The position numbers and the translations under genes were made by a program. From Octopus sinensis (Eukaryota), in NCBI RefSeq assembly GCF_006345805.1, contig NC_043013.1, positions 10,540,001 through 10,604,000 on the forward strand: a stretch of 64,000 nt of DNA. The letters run 5' to 3'. Positions 41,095 through 55,523 of this stretch are shown in pieces. The notes below the pieces were generated by a model. It worked only from the letters and a program-made list of their open reading frames with translations, did no database searches and had not been told where the DNA came from. Positions within the stretch are counted from its first letter, which is position 1. Every line of letters starts with the position of its first letter.

Positions 41095-41724
41095 CACTAC
41101 TACAGCCACTGCTGTTGCTGCTGCTGCTGCTGTTAGAATCGTTACTGCGCCGGGCAAAATGCTTAGCAGCATTTCGTCCGTCTTTACGTTTCGAGTTCAA
41201 ATACCGCCGAAGTCGACTCTGCCGTTCATCCTTTTCGGGTTCGATGAAATACGTACCAGTCAAGCACTGGTGTCGAAGTAATCGACTAGGCCCCTGTCCC
41301 CGAACTTCTGCTCTTGTGCCTATTGTAGAAATGATTGTTATCAATTTGTATCCGCAAATATAAGGCGTCGATTTGGAACTTCAAATCTACTAACGAACTA
41401 TTTTGGTGCACTGTTTTATTAGTAAACCAACTAGCATCATCGAAGGCTAGTTGACCATGTAAAGTTTTCGTCTCTTCGAAATGAATTTTGAAGGCGTCAT
41501 GGCTTCTCATATCGAAAAGATAATTGGCTGTTCTATGAGTCATTATTAAAATAAATTCCCACTCCTATACCCTCTACGAAAGTTAACAGAGAATGTATGA
41601 ATACCAAAACCAATAACAACAACAATAACATCACCGACATAAACAATGCAAATGAAAACGACTTGAAAGCAACATTATCACTAACTAGCACCATACTTCA
41701 CACCATGGGAAATACGAGCGGCAA

Positions 41725-42422
41725 CGACAACAGAGTGGAGGCGCAATGGCCCAGTGGTTAGGGCAGCGGACTCGCGTTCGTAAGAACGCGGTTTCGATTC
41801 CCAAACCGGGCATTGTGAGTGTTTATTGAGCAAAATCACCTAAGCTTCACGAGGCTCCGGCGGGTGGTGGTGGTGAACCGTGCTGCACTCTTTCACCACT
41901 ACTTTTTCTCACTCTTTCTTCCTACTTCTGCCACAAAGCTGAGGAACCATGGTGTAACCCACTATGGTGTGGTAAACTTTCAGACCCTAGTCTAGATTGC
42001 GAATCCTCTGTACCCCGTGATGGTTCAGCTCTCCACCCGTTAAAAGCCACCGTTTACGGAATGAGGATAGCAACGTAACACAGAGTGGAGGCGCAATGGC
42101 CCAGTGGTTAGGGCAGCGGACTCGCGGTCGTAAGAACGCAGTTTCGATTCCCAGACCGGACATTGTGAGTGTTTATTGAGCAAAAACACCTAAGCTTCAC
42201 GAGGCTCCGGCGGGTTTGGTGGTGAATCCTGCTGTACTCTTTCACCACTATTTTCTCTCTTTCTTCCTACTTCTGCCGTAAAGCAGAGGAACCATGGTGT
42301 AACCCACCATGGTGTGCTGAACTTTCAGATCCCAGTCTAGATTGCGAATCCTCTGTACCCCAGGATGGTTCAGCTCTCCACCCGTTGAATGCCACCGTTT
42401 GTGGAATGAGGATAACAATGTA
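41725..42422 (+). repeat. 350-bp tandem duplication of a SINE family 1 5' half plus unique flank
   Basis: cagagtggaggcgcaatgg at 41731 and 42081. Confidence 0.9.
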
Positions 42423-42558
42423 GCTTTCGCGCCCGTGCAACCGCCAGTCTATGGCGTGTGGTGGGTAGATCTTCAAGTTGCCACACGCATTCTTAGTAGC
42501 TTAGAGTAGGCTCGAATTAGAGATTGTTCTTTGTGGCTAATAGCGTGAGTCCTGATTG

Positions 42559-42675
42559 GAAGAAGAAGAAGAAGAAGAAGAAGAAGAAGAAGAAGAAGAA
42601 GAAGAAGAAGAAGAAGAAGAAGAAGAAGAAGAAGAAGAAGAAGAAGAAGAAGAAGAAGAAGAAGAAGAAGAAGAA
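42559..42675. repeat. (GAA)39 microsatellite
   Basis: Direct reading. Confidence 0.95.
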
Positions 42676-43519
42676 GACGACAAAGAGAACGTAGAATCGA
42701 ACAAGAACTTTACCATCTCCAGCAGTAGCAGCAGCAGCAAGGAAAAAACTTGAATACAATAAAAACGCAATAAATACTAGTAAATATTTTACAGAGAAAG
42801 AGAACAGATAGAAAATAGAAAAGGATACGTTGCATGAAGTAAATAAACAAATAAAAAAATCGAAAACAACAATGATGAGTATAGAAGAAGAGACAAAAAC
42901 CGACAAACAATCACATCCTATACCAAGGCCAACACAGTGACAAACACCTAATGCACTAGAACCACCCCTAACATTACAAACAGCACAACAAATGAAAACA
43001 CAACCCAGCAACAAAACAGCACTCGTTAACCGAGCGAACAAAAAGTACCATCAACTAACTACATGACACAAACATGAATGAATAAATTAAATAGTGCGTA
43101 GAAGAGGTTATTATCTATGTTGCGCCCTCGTGAAGCCCATCTGCATGTTCACAGTAATCACATGTATGTAATATAGATGTTTTATTTTAAATAAGACATT
43201 CATAGTATTTGAAATTTCATTATGAATTCATGAAATTTTTACAACAATAAGTGAGTATTACTCACATTGATTACGTCCGACCACCATATAACAACGCAAC
43301 TCATATTAAAACCTCCCAAGGAAAATAAGCAGACCGAAAGTAAAATATCCCAAGGTAATGAGAGATATCCGAGTGACTATTAATAAATGCCTTTATAAAG
43401 AACTCCTTGTGCAAAAAACCCACATATAACCGAAAGGACACAACAGCTTTCCTTACATAGAAAGAAGAGAAGTGGCTCCTTTCATCTTTTCTTCGTTTTG
43501 TCGAACAAGGCTATACTCA

Positions 43520-45350
43520 GAGTAAGCATTGTGAACGGATGTGTCCTTCTTCGAATTGTAAGTTGGATCCGTTGCTCAACGACCACAGGTCACTAGATAT
43601 AGATGTGTAGGTTATCAGCGAAGCCATTGTTTCTGAGGCACGAATACTCGTACCCATCTTCAGCAGCTACGTTGCGTATGCATCTTCAAGTCTACCTAAA
43701 ACAGGTGGTGGTGTGGCTGTTTGGTTCCGTAAAGGTCAGGATTATATGATGCAGATTATCTTGCTTGACGAAAAATGTAACTTGATGGTAACCAACAGGG
43801 ACATATACCTTCAGAAAAGTATATGTCTATGTGCCGACTGGTGTGGGTAAGCCAAATTTATTCTGGTCTCTAGAGGTCTTCCTTGAGACGTTCTACTTTT
43901 TAGTGCTACTGAGTATCAGAAATGACTCCTTGGATGCACACTTTGCAGGGGTTAACGAATAGGAAATTTGCAAAAGCGTCGCGAATCTGTTCAAACATCT
44001 AACAGGTACCGATTTGATCTCCCGAATGCACATATGTGGACGTACACAAATCGCATCAGGTCATGCAGATAGTATCTAGATCGAGATTGCATAAGTAGTC
44101 CACAAATAAAAGTGGCCGACTACACAGATAAGAAATTAGTGATATGCGCAGTATACCTAGATGGACTTCATTTGGTATTGGAAAATCATTACCGGCGTGT
44201 GAAGTATTTAAAAAAAACCGGATCAGCAAATTTGTTTAACGGGTGCTGACAGGGATAATTGTCAATAACAGATTGAAGCTCACCGCGATAATGGCGATTG
44301 GAGTGGAATCGATAAGGAATAGTAAGCATGCAGTCACTGAGTAAACTAAATTAAACGGAAATATAATTAGAAATCCAGAAGAGGCACTTAGAAAACGCAT
44401 CGTAACAGACATGTTTGCAGCGAGATTGGTCTATATATAGTGAGTTAATGAGAAGCACGAAGGCTGCGTTGTCAGAGCTATTGGACATGCTCTAAGACAC
44501 GGAGAAACGAAAGTCATTCGCTGGGCCAGAGTAACTGAAGCACAACCTGACTAGAGAGCTGCAACCCGATCTTTAGCGGACCGTGAAGTTGCACGTGCTA
44601 CTCAATTTCATGCACGTTTGTACGGCTTTTCAGCGGTTATTTGCGCTACTGTACGGGACCAGTGAGTAAGGCTTGATAGCAGGATGGACGTAAGTTCTCA
44701 CTTCAATGGTCTTCCGCAACTCTTGCATTTGGCGTGCTGTGAAAGGTCGATAAAGGCCATCAAAATAATGGAAACTGGGGCTGGTCGCATGTTATGCAAG
44801 TCACCTGTTTTCAATAGCTTTACGTAAAAATGCCTGACTTATTCGGTGACTTCAGCAGATGACTACCGCAACAGTCGATAGAAAAGGAAAAACACTTGTT
44901 TTGTACCACCACGAGTGTTGTAGAAGCAGTTGTGCAACACAATAGCTGGACCAGTTATTTCCCTTGCCTTCCAATAGAACAAGAAAATGTCGTGTGACCC
45001 GCGGAGTTCGGTTCTTGTTTAGCAGTGTGGACGACCCGAAACAAAGGAAATTCATTGAGAGGTTTCGGCCAATAATTCTGTTAAAGTCAAGTTCAAGATT
45101 TTGGCTAAGGTGTTAGCACAGAAGCTGGCGCTTGTTGTCAATGGTCTGCTTAGTGAAGAACAGATATATGCCGTCCCAAAGTGATCAGACTACGACACCC
45201 CACACGTCATGTGATACATTTTAAAAAGAGTAGCTTAAGAAAGAGGCATGAGTGCAGTCCTGGCGGCTATCCTAAAAGGAGCCGATTTCGGCCCCGTTTG
45301 TAGGGGCTTAACCACAGTAATGTTCAGAAACATCTTGGTGGTTGGGATAA
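43520..45350 (+). mobile_element. L1/Tx1-clade LINE ORF2 relic (APE endonuclease to start of RT)
   Basis: DIDV.VISE..TGGGVAVWFRK, YVPTG, YLDR, FRPIILLK.FKILAKVLAQKLALVV..EEQ; many stops and frameshifts. Confidence 0.8.
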
Positions 45351-45447
45351 ACGGGTATTTATCATTGTATCTGTTCTGATTATCTGATGCAATCGACTCA
45401 TCAATTCCCTCAAAATTGCTGCCGTTGTGGCATAATTTGAAACCATA

Positions 45448-45517
<70 letters not shown>

Positions 45518-45875
45518 CCTCATCAAGGCACTGGCCAAAGTGCTTAGTGGCATTTCATCCGTCTTCACATTCCGAGTTCAAATTCCATCGAAGTCGATTT
45601 TGCCTTTCATCTTTCCAGTGTCGATAAATTAAGTACCAGATGAGTACTGGGGTTGATGTAATCGATCAGCTCCCCTCTCCTACAAATTTTCAGGCCTTGT
45701 GCCTTTAGTAGAGAGGATTGTTATTGTTATTATTGTCATTATTACCTCTTTTGGCCACCAAATGCCTTTTGATTTATATATATATATATATATATATATA
45801 TGAGCGCCATACTAATACATTATTTGTTTGTACTCCACCTGCCTTCGTCTTTTGTTTATTTTCGTAAACCTTCCG

Positions 45876-45918
<43 letters not shown>

Positions 45919-46684
45919 ATATAATATATATATATATAGTAGAGTTTAAGAATAGAAGCTACAAACGTATGTATATGGACAAAACATTGTTTTACAAAGC
46001 AATCATGTGACCGACTCTGTCGATAAATAACAATTAGGCATGCTAAAAATTTAATGAGAATTAAATAGGCCGCATAAATCTATAAATGAAAGTAAACACA
46101 TAATAAAATTGAAAAGATACACTGTGAAATATGGAATGTATTTAGAACAATCCACCTACGTATGGATGCTAACTGAACAGTTATCTGGGTCACACATATG
46201 TCCCTACGTAACGTTCGTTGTATTCAAAACGTATGCCTCCACAGGTTAATATACGCATTTGGAGGGTAAAATGAGTGATGAAGAATTTGTTATCTTGTAT
46301 CGCGTTTTGTGTTTCGAACGTTTGTATTCCTCTTTTAACCTTTTACCTTTCACTTCTCTATGTCATTGGTATAGGGCCATACTGAGATACTGCCTTGAAG
46401 GAATTTAGTCGAGCAAATCGACCCACAGGGATTTTTGTTTCTTTTGTAGAGCCTGGTACTTATACTATTGGTCTGTTTTGCTGAACCATTAAGTTACGGG
46501 AATGTAACCACACCAACACCAGTTGTCAATCAGTGATGGGGACAAACACACACACGAAGACAATCACGCATAAATAACTACATGCATACATTCATACATA
46601 CATGCATACATACACACACACACACCACACACACACAACATATATATATATATATATATATAATATATAGTATGTATATATATG

Positions 46685-46741
<57 letters not shown>

Positions 46742-46767
46742 TGTGTATATATATATATATATATATG

Positions 46768-46805
<38 letters not shown>

Positions 46806-46809
<4 letters not shown>

Positions 46810-47772
46810 GGTATGTAGAAAAACAACATGGACAAGAACGTATAACTCTTAGAAGACGATACAATAAACACGGACAAGACATTCGAAACCCTCAGTCTTC
46901 AGTCAAGAACCGGATCATCGTAGTAATTTCGGCTGATTAATCTTGAGATTACTAGATCACGGCCAGCCCTCCAAGAAAAACCAAGCAACGAGCATTAGAA
47001 AAACTAAGCTGGGAGCGTAGATTTCCTGGAAGAAGGATCGAATGCATACGGACACCAGGACAGCAAAAGGGACGAATATAAAAAAACAATGGAATACAGA
47101 AACATGAAATACAGAAGCATTAACGGGTGAAAACAACAACAAGTGTCTTACGACTGATAACAAGCAAACAAATTTTTTCTCTGGCGCAAGGAAAGGAGCC
47201 TTATCGGCGATGCCTATAGCGGCGGACGAAAAACAACGATGTTAACACGACGCTGGTCAGAAGCTGAAAGGCAGATTTCGGCCAGCAGTCACGTGACAGA
47301 GAAGAGAGAAAAGAAAAGAAAGAGAAGCAACGGAAGAGAGAGAAAGAAGGAATCAGAGAGGAGAAGGGATGGGTGTCGAAGAGCGACCTGTGAGTGCAGA
47401 GCGAGACAAAGAAATAGGAGGGTAGTGGAAGATTAGACCAAAGAATCAGAGGAAAGAGAAGAGAAAAAGAGGATGAGTAGAGAGAGAAGGGGACAGATCA
47501 AGTAAAAGTGAGAGAGAGAGAGAGACAAACAAAGAGTCGTACCAATTATTAAGAATATGTGCTGACATTAATGTTAAGAGGGTACGTGGCGCCTGGAATA
47601 TATGTTAAGGTATGTAGAAAAATACAACATGGACAAGAACGTATAACTCTTAGAAGACGATACAATAAACACGGACAAGACATTCGAAACCTCAGTCTTC
47701 AGTCAAGAACCGGATCATCGTAGTAATTTCGGCTGATTAATCTTGAGATTACTAGATCACGGCCAGCCCTCC
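46806..47772 (-). mobile_element. 1.2-unit copy of the ~800-bp element family seen at 1-1570
   Basis: 168-bp direct repeats (46806 and 47605), unit 799 bp, both ends in (TA)n; conserved core at 46892-46954 and 47692-47754. Confidence 0.85.
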
Positions 47773-47779
47773 ATATATG

Positions 47780-47836
<57 letters not shown>

Positions 47837-47921
47837 TGTATATATATATATTATATATAATATATATATTATATAATATATATATATATAATATATATAC
47901 ATATATATATATCTTATATAT

Positions 47922-47986
<65 letters not shown>

Positions 47987-48033
47987 GGAATAAATAAATG
48001 GATCTAAACGCAGGTGTTATTCAAATCTTTTTA

Positions 48034-48121
48034 CTTCCAACATATGTTTCGAAGAAAATATTGGTATTATTCCAGAAAGAATAAAATGATGTAAGTCAAT
48101 GCAATCTTCTCATCAGAGAAA
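48034..48121 (-). ncRNA. Type I hammerhead with long stem II insert and palindromic stem III
   Basis: UUUCU CUGAUGA GAAGA(~50 nt)UCUUC GAA ACAUAUGU U GGAAG; GUU triplet. Confidence 0.75.
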
Positions 48122-48413
48122 GAAAGAAACCAAACCCACGAGTAAGATATTGTAACAGAATGTGATGACTGCTTATATGATAAAGGGAATGCTAGCAAGT
48201 TTTTTTTAATAAGCCGTTAATAGATATAACGTCAAATGCTGTTTATAGAAAGAGAAGGAGGAGAAAGAAAGAAATTAGTAGAAAACTAATAGTGGAGAGA
48301 TATAGAGCGATAGGTGAATAGGAATAAATTTTGAAAGATTCGAAATAGATATATTTAGTAGAAGTAAAATGTAAGAAGACAGTTAAAGATCGAATTTTAT
48401 AGAATGGCAGCAA

Positions 48414-48596
48414 TCACTTATAAGAACTAAAGGTATGTTTTTGCTAATGTTTGCAACGATAAGCGCGTTCTTTAAACGTGTTTACTACAGGATTCTCTAA
48501 GAACAGGATGAGATACATTTCATCATTACAGAACGGACAGTAAGATTTAACTTTATCATACGGAAGTGATTTAGATAGAATATTCCATTCCAACTC
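48414..48596 (-). pseudogene. Penelope-like GIY-YIG endonuclease C-terminal remnant
   Basis: ELEWNILSKSLPYDKVKSYCPFCNDEMYLILFLENPVVNTFKERAYRCKH*QKH fits the W.IL...PY...CxxC..E...N..E...C.H pattern I recall for PLE C-termini. Confidence 0.7.
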
Positions 48597-49608
48597 AAAT
48601 TACTCTGTTTTAAATTTCATCGGGGTTAACCTACCTGTACTCCTATATAAAACTGACAACAGGAGAGGGGACAATCTCGTTGCTAATATCTTTTACACTA
48701 ACACTTGCTTCCTGCCATCATGTTTGTTGTTGTAGCTTTTGGGCACTTGTGCAACACACTAGCTGGTCCAGTTATTTCCCTTGCCTTGCATGTTAACTAT
48801 TATATTCATGATTCCTTAGTGCCTTCCTCGGCTGACAGAGGGTATTTTGTGCCAAATAAAGACTAGAGTTGCCTAATTTTTGCTTTCTGATCAGGAGAAA
48901 ATCTATAACTTTCGAAACGCAATGAAATGTGTTTTCTTTTTTTCTCTCGCTGTTTGACATGGCATTGATATATTACACATTGTCACACAGCTCTGCCAAG
49001 CAGACTTTTTCTTCCCCACATTATTCATATGTAGGGCCCGCCTGCTTGAGGTAGCTCCAAGGGAAAAAAAGGAAGGCTAAAATTGCTTTCATGGTTTACA
49101 ATGCTAAATTTCTGTTCATTCCCATATGCGAGACCAATACGCACGTGCGTATGCGTATATGTTTGTGTGTATAAGTTGTTTACCGCCGTTATCCTTACTG
49201 CTATTCGTGATAATTTCTGTTGAACATTCTTTATTTTTTTGTTTGTAAAATATATATATTCTCCTCAAGAATTCAATTAGTTTACATTCTTTTTCTGTTT
49301 ATCGTCTATAACAACGTTCTTGCGTCCCTTTGAATTTTCTCTCCAGGGAGAAATAGTGCATTTAAAAGGCACAGCAATGTTGTATGTTTACGAATGTTAG
49401 AAAACATATCTTTACAAATTAAAGAAATTCTTAACCTAAACTATGATGATTTAAGGTAAATAATTCGAGTCTAACCCTATTTTAGCCCACGTAGTTTCAG
49501 CTGACAAAATTTATCGACCAAGAAAGGACGAAAAGCAAAGTCGACCTCGGTGAAATTTGAACTCAGAAAGTAATGACAGATGAAATACCGCTAAGTATTT
49601 CGTCTAGC

Positions 49609-49915
49609 GGAGGCGCAATGGCCCAGCGGTTAGGGCAGCGGACTCGCGGTCGGAGGATCGCCGTTTCGATCGCGGTTTCGTGTGTTTATCGAGCGAAAAC
49701 ACCTAAAGCTTCACGAGGCTCCGGCAGGGGGTGGTGGCGACCCCTGTTGTACTCTTTCGCCCCAACTTTCTCTCACTCTTTCTTCCTGTTTCTTGGGTAA
49801 CGCTGTGATGGACTGGCGTCCCGTCCAGCTAGGAGGAACACATACGCCACAGAAACCGGGAAACCGTACCCATGAGCCTGACTAGGCTTGAAAAGGGTGC
49901 ATAGATAATAATAAA
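49609..49915 (+). mobile_element. SINE family 1 nested in a minus-strand SINE family 2 (~49495-49960)
   Basis: atttcgtc duplicated at 49597-49604 and 49920-49927. Confidence 0.85.
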
Positions 49916-50004
49916 TAAAATTTCGTCCAGTGTGCTAACAATTCTGCCAGCTCACCGTCTTAATAATAATAATAATTCTTTCTTCGAATACATCGAATCT
50001 AAAC

Positions 50005-50402
50005 ATACATCGAGGCTAAACATAGAGGGGCAAACAAGGACAGGCAAAGGGATTAAGTCGATTACATCGACCCCAGTGCGTAACTGGTACTTAATTTATC
50101 AACCCCGAAAGGATGAAAAGCAAAGTCGACCTCGGTGGAATTTGAACTCACAACGTAACGGCAGACGAAATACCTATTTCTTTATTACCCACAAGGGGCT
50201 AAACATAGAAAGGACAAATAAGGACAGACATAGGTATTAAATCGATTACATCGACCCCAGGGCGTAACTGGTGCTTAATTTATCGACCCCGAAAGGATGA
50301 AAGGCAAAGTCGACTTCGGCGGAATTTGAACTCACAACGTAACGGCAGATGAAATACCGCTATGCATTTCATCCGGCGTGCTAACGTTTGTGCCAGCTCG
50401 TC
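50005..50402 (-). mobile_element. Two SINE family 2 copies
   Basis: Near-consensus sequence. Confidence 0.85.
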
Positions 50403-51390
50403 AATAAAAAATGTATAAGCTGTTGAAACAGAAGTGATTCAATATTACAAAATATTTTACGTGATCACACTATCTGCTATGAGAAATAGCTAAATGTCTC
50501 TCAAAAACACACCATGTAGCAATAAAAATTAATCATAAGAAGGGCTATGACCATGCACTTTGCATAGTGTTCGTCGCGACTGAAATCAACACTAGTAACC
50601 TTTTCTTTCATCGTAGCCCAACACGAACTAAGCTGACCCAGGGGTTAAGCAATAACTACTTACTCAAGCATGTGTGGTTACGAAACCTGCTCAAACCACA
50701 CGCTAACAATTCATAAAATAATTAGAGTTTGGAAATAGACGTCAAGGTTGAAATGTTTTTCCGATGTGTGTTTCATTATTGGTGACCGGGTGGCAAACAA
50801 TAATAACAATATAGCACTAACAACAACGTGGAGGTGCAATGGCCCAGTGGTTTGGGCAGCGGGCTCGTGGTCGTAAGAACGCGGTTTCGATTCTCAGACC
50901 CGGCATTGTCAGTGTTTATTGAGCAAAAACACCTAAGCTCCTCGCTGCTTTGATAGAAAAAAATTTAAGGAGTAAGCCACATAATAAAATCGTTGTGGGA
51001 GCTCAAATACGGTTTCGTGTTGAATCTGATTGTCTTCTAACAACTCCTTTCGTAGGACTAGCACTGAGGTTTATTGATCTGTACATCTTTAGACGACATC
51101 AGCGAATTCGTGAAAGGCATATTAGTCTCTAGGCACACGGGCATCTCTATACATGCTACAGTAGAGTCTTGTACTTTAATGAAGTCAGCTTGAGTAATCA
51201 GTTTTTTAAACTCTTCGGATGACAAAGGGGATTCTTGGAACATATCCACAACATATATAATCGTTAATGGAATACGAATCACCGACGCATTTATAAATAT
51301 TATGTTTATAACTCATGCCCTATTCTTCCGAATTCTCCAGAAATTTTTAAAATTATAAAAGTCCAATTGAGAAAGAATATGCTTGATAAG

Positions 51391-51690
51391 GTGGAGGCAC
51401 ATGGCCTAGTGGTTAGAGTAGCGGAGTCGCGGTCGAGGGATCGCGGGTTCGAATCTCAGACCAGGCAATATGTGTGTTTATGAGCGAAACACCTAAGCGG
51501 CTCCGGCAGAAGATAAAGGTGAACGTCTGCTGAATCTTTCGCCACAACTTTCTCTCACTCTTTCCTCCTGCATCTTGCTGCTCCCCTGCAACGGACGGGC
51601 GTCCCGTCTAGGTGGGGAACCTATACACCAAGGAAACCGGGAAACTGGCCCTTATGAGCCAGGCTTGCTCGAGAAGGAACAAACAACGAC
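51391..51690 (+). mobile_element. SINE family 1 variant
   Basis: tRNA-like head with a variant 3' part. Confidence 0.75.
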
Positions 51691-51878
51691 AATGTTTGAT
51701 TAGATGATGCGTTAAAGATTCTTAAAAATGCTGTGGAGTAATTGTTTGGGTTCTGAGATCAAGTCCTGGTGAGGTTTAACTTTGCCTTTCATTATTCCGG
51801 TCGATGAAAAATATCTGAAACACAAGGGCAGATCCCCACCTCACTCTCTCTTTCTTTCTCACCCTATCATTATCTAGT

Positions 51879-52259
51879 AGTGGAGGCGCAATGGCCCAGT
51901 GGTTAGGGCAGCGGACTCGTGGTCATAGGATCGCGGTTTCGATTCCCAGACCGGGCGTTGTGAGTGTTTATTGAGCGAAAACACCTAAAGCTCCACGAGG
52001 CTCCGGCAGGGATGGGGTGATCCCTGCTGTACTCTTTCACCACAACTTTCTCTCACTCTTACTTCCTGTTTCTGTTGTACTGTATTTCAAAGGGCCGGCA
52101 TTGTCACTCTCTGTGTCACGCTGAATATCCCCGAGAACTACGTTAAGGGTACACGTGTCTGTGAAGTGCTCAGCCACTTACACGTTAATTTCACGAGCTG
52201 GCTGTTCCGTTGATTCGGATCAACCGGAACCCTCGTCGTCGTAACCGAGGGAGTGCTTC
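51879..52259 (+). mobile_element. Full-length SINE family 1 with 11-bp TSD
   Basis: cattatctagt at 51868-51878 and 52260-52270. Confidence 0.92.
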
Positions 52260-52519
52260 CATTATCTAGTGATTGGTTATGCTGCGTTGCAAGACGGGAA
52301 TAGGGGAATATAGCGTTGTACCGGGAAATATCGAATTGTTCTATGAGGAGGATGACAATATTACCTACTCGTATCACGCTTCAAAAACCCTTGCCATACT
52401 GAAATGGTGAATCTGCTTAAAATACTTTAGAAATAATCGAGAAAACAAAATAAAAGGAAAATATTTGTTTTTTTATATATCCCTTCACATATACTATTTA
52501 CTATGCTATTTTACTATTT

Positions 52520-52891
52520 TACTTGTTTCAGTCATTTGACTGCGGCCATGCTGCAGCACCGCCTTTAGTCGAGCAACTCGATCCCGGGACTTATTCTTTT
52601 TGTAAGCCCAGTACTTATTCTATCGGTCTCTTTTTGACATAAACACACCAGCATCGGTTGTCAAGTAATGCTAGGGGAACAAACACAGACACATACATAT
52701 ATATATATATACATATATACGACAGGCTTCTTTCAGTTTCCGTCTACCAAATCCACTCACAAGGCATTGGTCGGCCCGGGGCTATAGCAGAAGACACTTG
52801 CCCAAGATGCCACGCAGTGGGACTGAACCTGGAACCATGTGGCTGGTTAGCAAGCTACTTACCACACAGCCACTCCTGCGCCTATATAATA

Positions 52892-52929
<38 letters not shown>

Positions 52930-52968
52930 ATATATATATATATAATATCTATATATAATATATATATA

Positions 52969-53058
<90 letters not shown>

Positions 53059-53372
53059 TTCTTTTATTCTTTATTAGTTCCAGTCAATTGACTGTAGCAT
53101 GCTGGAGCACCGCTTTTTAGTCGGACAAATCGTCACCAGGACTTATTCTTTGTAAGCCTAGCACTTATCCTATCGGTTCTTTTGCCGAACCGTTAAGTTA
53201 ATGGACGTAACTACACCAGCATCGGTTGTCAAACGATGCTGGGAGGTCAGACATATATATATATTTTCTTTATTTTTTCTTTTACTTGTTTCAGTCATTT
53301 GACTGTGGCCATGCTGGAGCACCGCCTTTAGTCGAGCAAATCGACCCCGGGACTTATTCTTTGTAAGCCCAG
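52520..53372 (-). mobile_element. SINE family 3: full copy (52520-52882) plus two tail fragments
   Basis: Consensus-like head and tail. Confidence 0.85.
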
Positions 53373-53472
53373 NNNNNNNNNNNNNNNNNNNNNNNNNNNN
53401 NNNNNNNNNNNNNNNNNNNNNNNNNNNNNNNNNNNNNNNNNNNNNNNNNNNNNNNNNNNNNNNNNNNNNNNN
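53373..53472. other. Scaffold gap (100 N)
   Basis: Run of exactly 100 n. Confidence 0.99.
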
Positions 53473-54576
53473 ATTTTATCGTCCCCTATGGTATGAAAGG
53501 CAAAGTTGACCTCGTCTGGACTTGAACTCAGTTCGTAGGGGATCCAGAAGAGACGTCGCTAAGCATTTTGCTTGGCGTGCTAATGACTCGCCCAGCTCGT
53601 TGTTACTACTGTCTTTGTTGTTGTTATTGTTGTTGTTGTTATTATTATTATTATTGTTCCATGAGTTGCGACGTCACTGGTGCCAAGCTGTATCGACCTT
53701 TGTATTTCCCTTGGATAACACTGGTGGCGTGGAGAGGGGAGGCTGGTATGCATGGGCGACTGCTGGTCTTCCATAAACAACCTTGCCCGGACTTGTGTCT
53801 AGGGGTGTAACTTTCTAGGTGCAATCCCATGGTCATTCATGACCGAAGGGGGTCTTTACCCCTTACTGCTGTTATTATTATTGTTAGTGTTTTTTTTCGC
53901 CCCTGTTACTGTCTTCTTGTTGTTCTTTTAGTCATTTTAGTTCAAATCCACTCAAGAAAACAATAAAAAATACTTTCCAGCGATGACCAATCATTTTATT
54001 TTAGAGAATACACCTTAGACCGCATCATCTTCCAAGGGCCCTTTTTAATATTAACATAGTAGTCATGGTGTGATTCGATGTTGATTTGACTGTTCTTTCT
54101 CGAAGGCGGTTCAACGAATTTTATACCCTGTAAAACATAGTACAACAATCAGCAAAGGCAATCATCTTTAATTTGCCATCTTAATTCACTATTTCACCAG
54201 TCGAACGCTTTAATCAGTATGTGTGAGTAACCAATATATTCTGCAAGGTTAACGTCATGCCCACTTAAGAATGAGAATATCCTACTCAGATCTCCCTTAA
54301 TGCCTACGTGTAATTAACAGAGGGTGAGGTGAGACTACGTTTCATGATGTCGATGAGAGTCTTGTGACGATCGATGCATTCATTATTACACTGCGTAAGC
54401 TCTTAAGCACTTGCCAACAATTTTTATGCCACCAGAGAAATAATTATGGAAATCGTAAAGAAATCGTGTATGTTTATGTGTTATGTGTGTGTGTGTGTGT
54501 GTATGAGTGTGAGTGTGTGTGTATATGTGTATGTGTTTGTGTGCGAGTGTGTGCATGTTTATATCAATATACATAC

Positions 54577-54653
<77 letters not shown>

Positions 54654-54877
54654 TAAATGTATATACATATATACAAATGTGCATGTGTAAATATATAAAT
54701 ATATATATGCATATATAAATACATATATACATGTATGCATATATATATATATATATGTATGTATGTATGTGTGTGTGTCTTCATTGGGTGAGAATCTTTT
54801 TTTTTTCATGGTATTGCTGTTGCAACCACCGCTGCTACTGCTGCTGTAGTTGTTTTTTTATTGTTATTGTGTGTTGT

Positions 54878-54924
<47 letters not shown>

Positions 54925-54937
54925 CATATAATGATGA

Positions 54938-54979
<42 letters not shown>

Positions 54980-54983
54980 TGAC

Positions 54984-55019
<36 letters not shown>

Positions 55020-55132
55020 CATGAGCATTTTTGAAACGTGAGCGCCAAGTAATAGTTGAGATTTTGTTATAAAGACAGACAGGAAAAAAAGGGTGATGAA
55101 CCAGCATGCATTCTGACTTCGTGTATTTATGC

Positions 55133-55208
<76 letters not shown>

Positions 55209-55230
55209 GTGTGTGTATGTGTGTGTGTGT

Positions 55231-55270
<40 letters not shown>

Positions 55271-55523
55271 TGTGTAGGTGCAGGCATGAGTATGCCGTTA
55301 AGACGATCGCGAAGAAACCATCTGTTTTCGAGTTCCGCCCCGCTTCATGTCACCTTTGGCAAGTGTCTTCTACTACATAAATACGGGCCAATGAAGAATG
55401 CCAGGTGATGTAAAGCTGTCGGAAAGTCCGTAGTATAGCTGATACAGTTAAAGTGACTGAAAAGTCACTCAAGTCGCATCTAACCACCAGGTTCAATAAA
55501 ATATTATTATCGACAGAAATAAG

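Noticed and set aside
43615-43668. Minus-strand CUGAAGA-hairpin-GAAA
   Set aside because: No stem I or III partner; antisense to LINE endonuclease coding sequence
48884-48927. CUGAUCA...GAAACGCAAUG hammerhead-like trace
   Set aside because: G8 is changed, position 17 would be G and stems are weak; at best a dead relic
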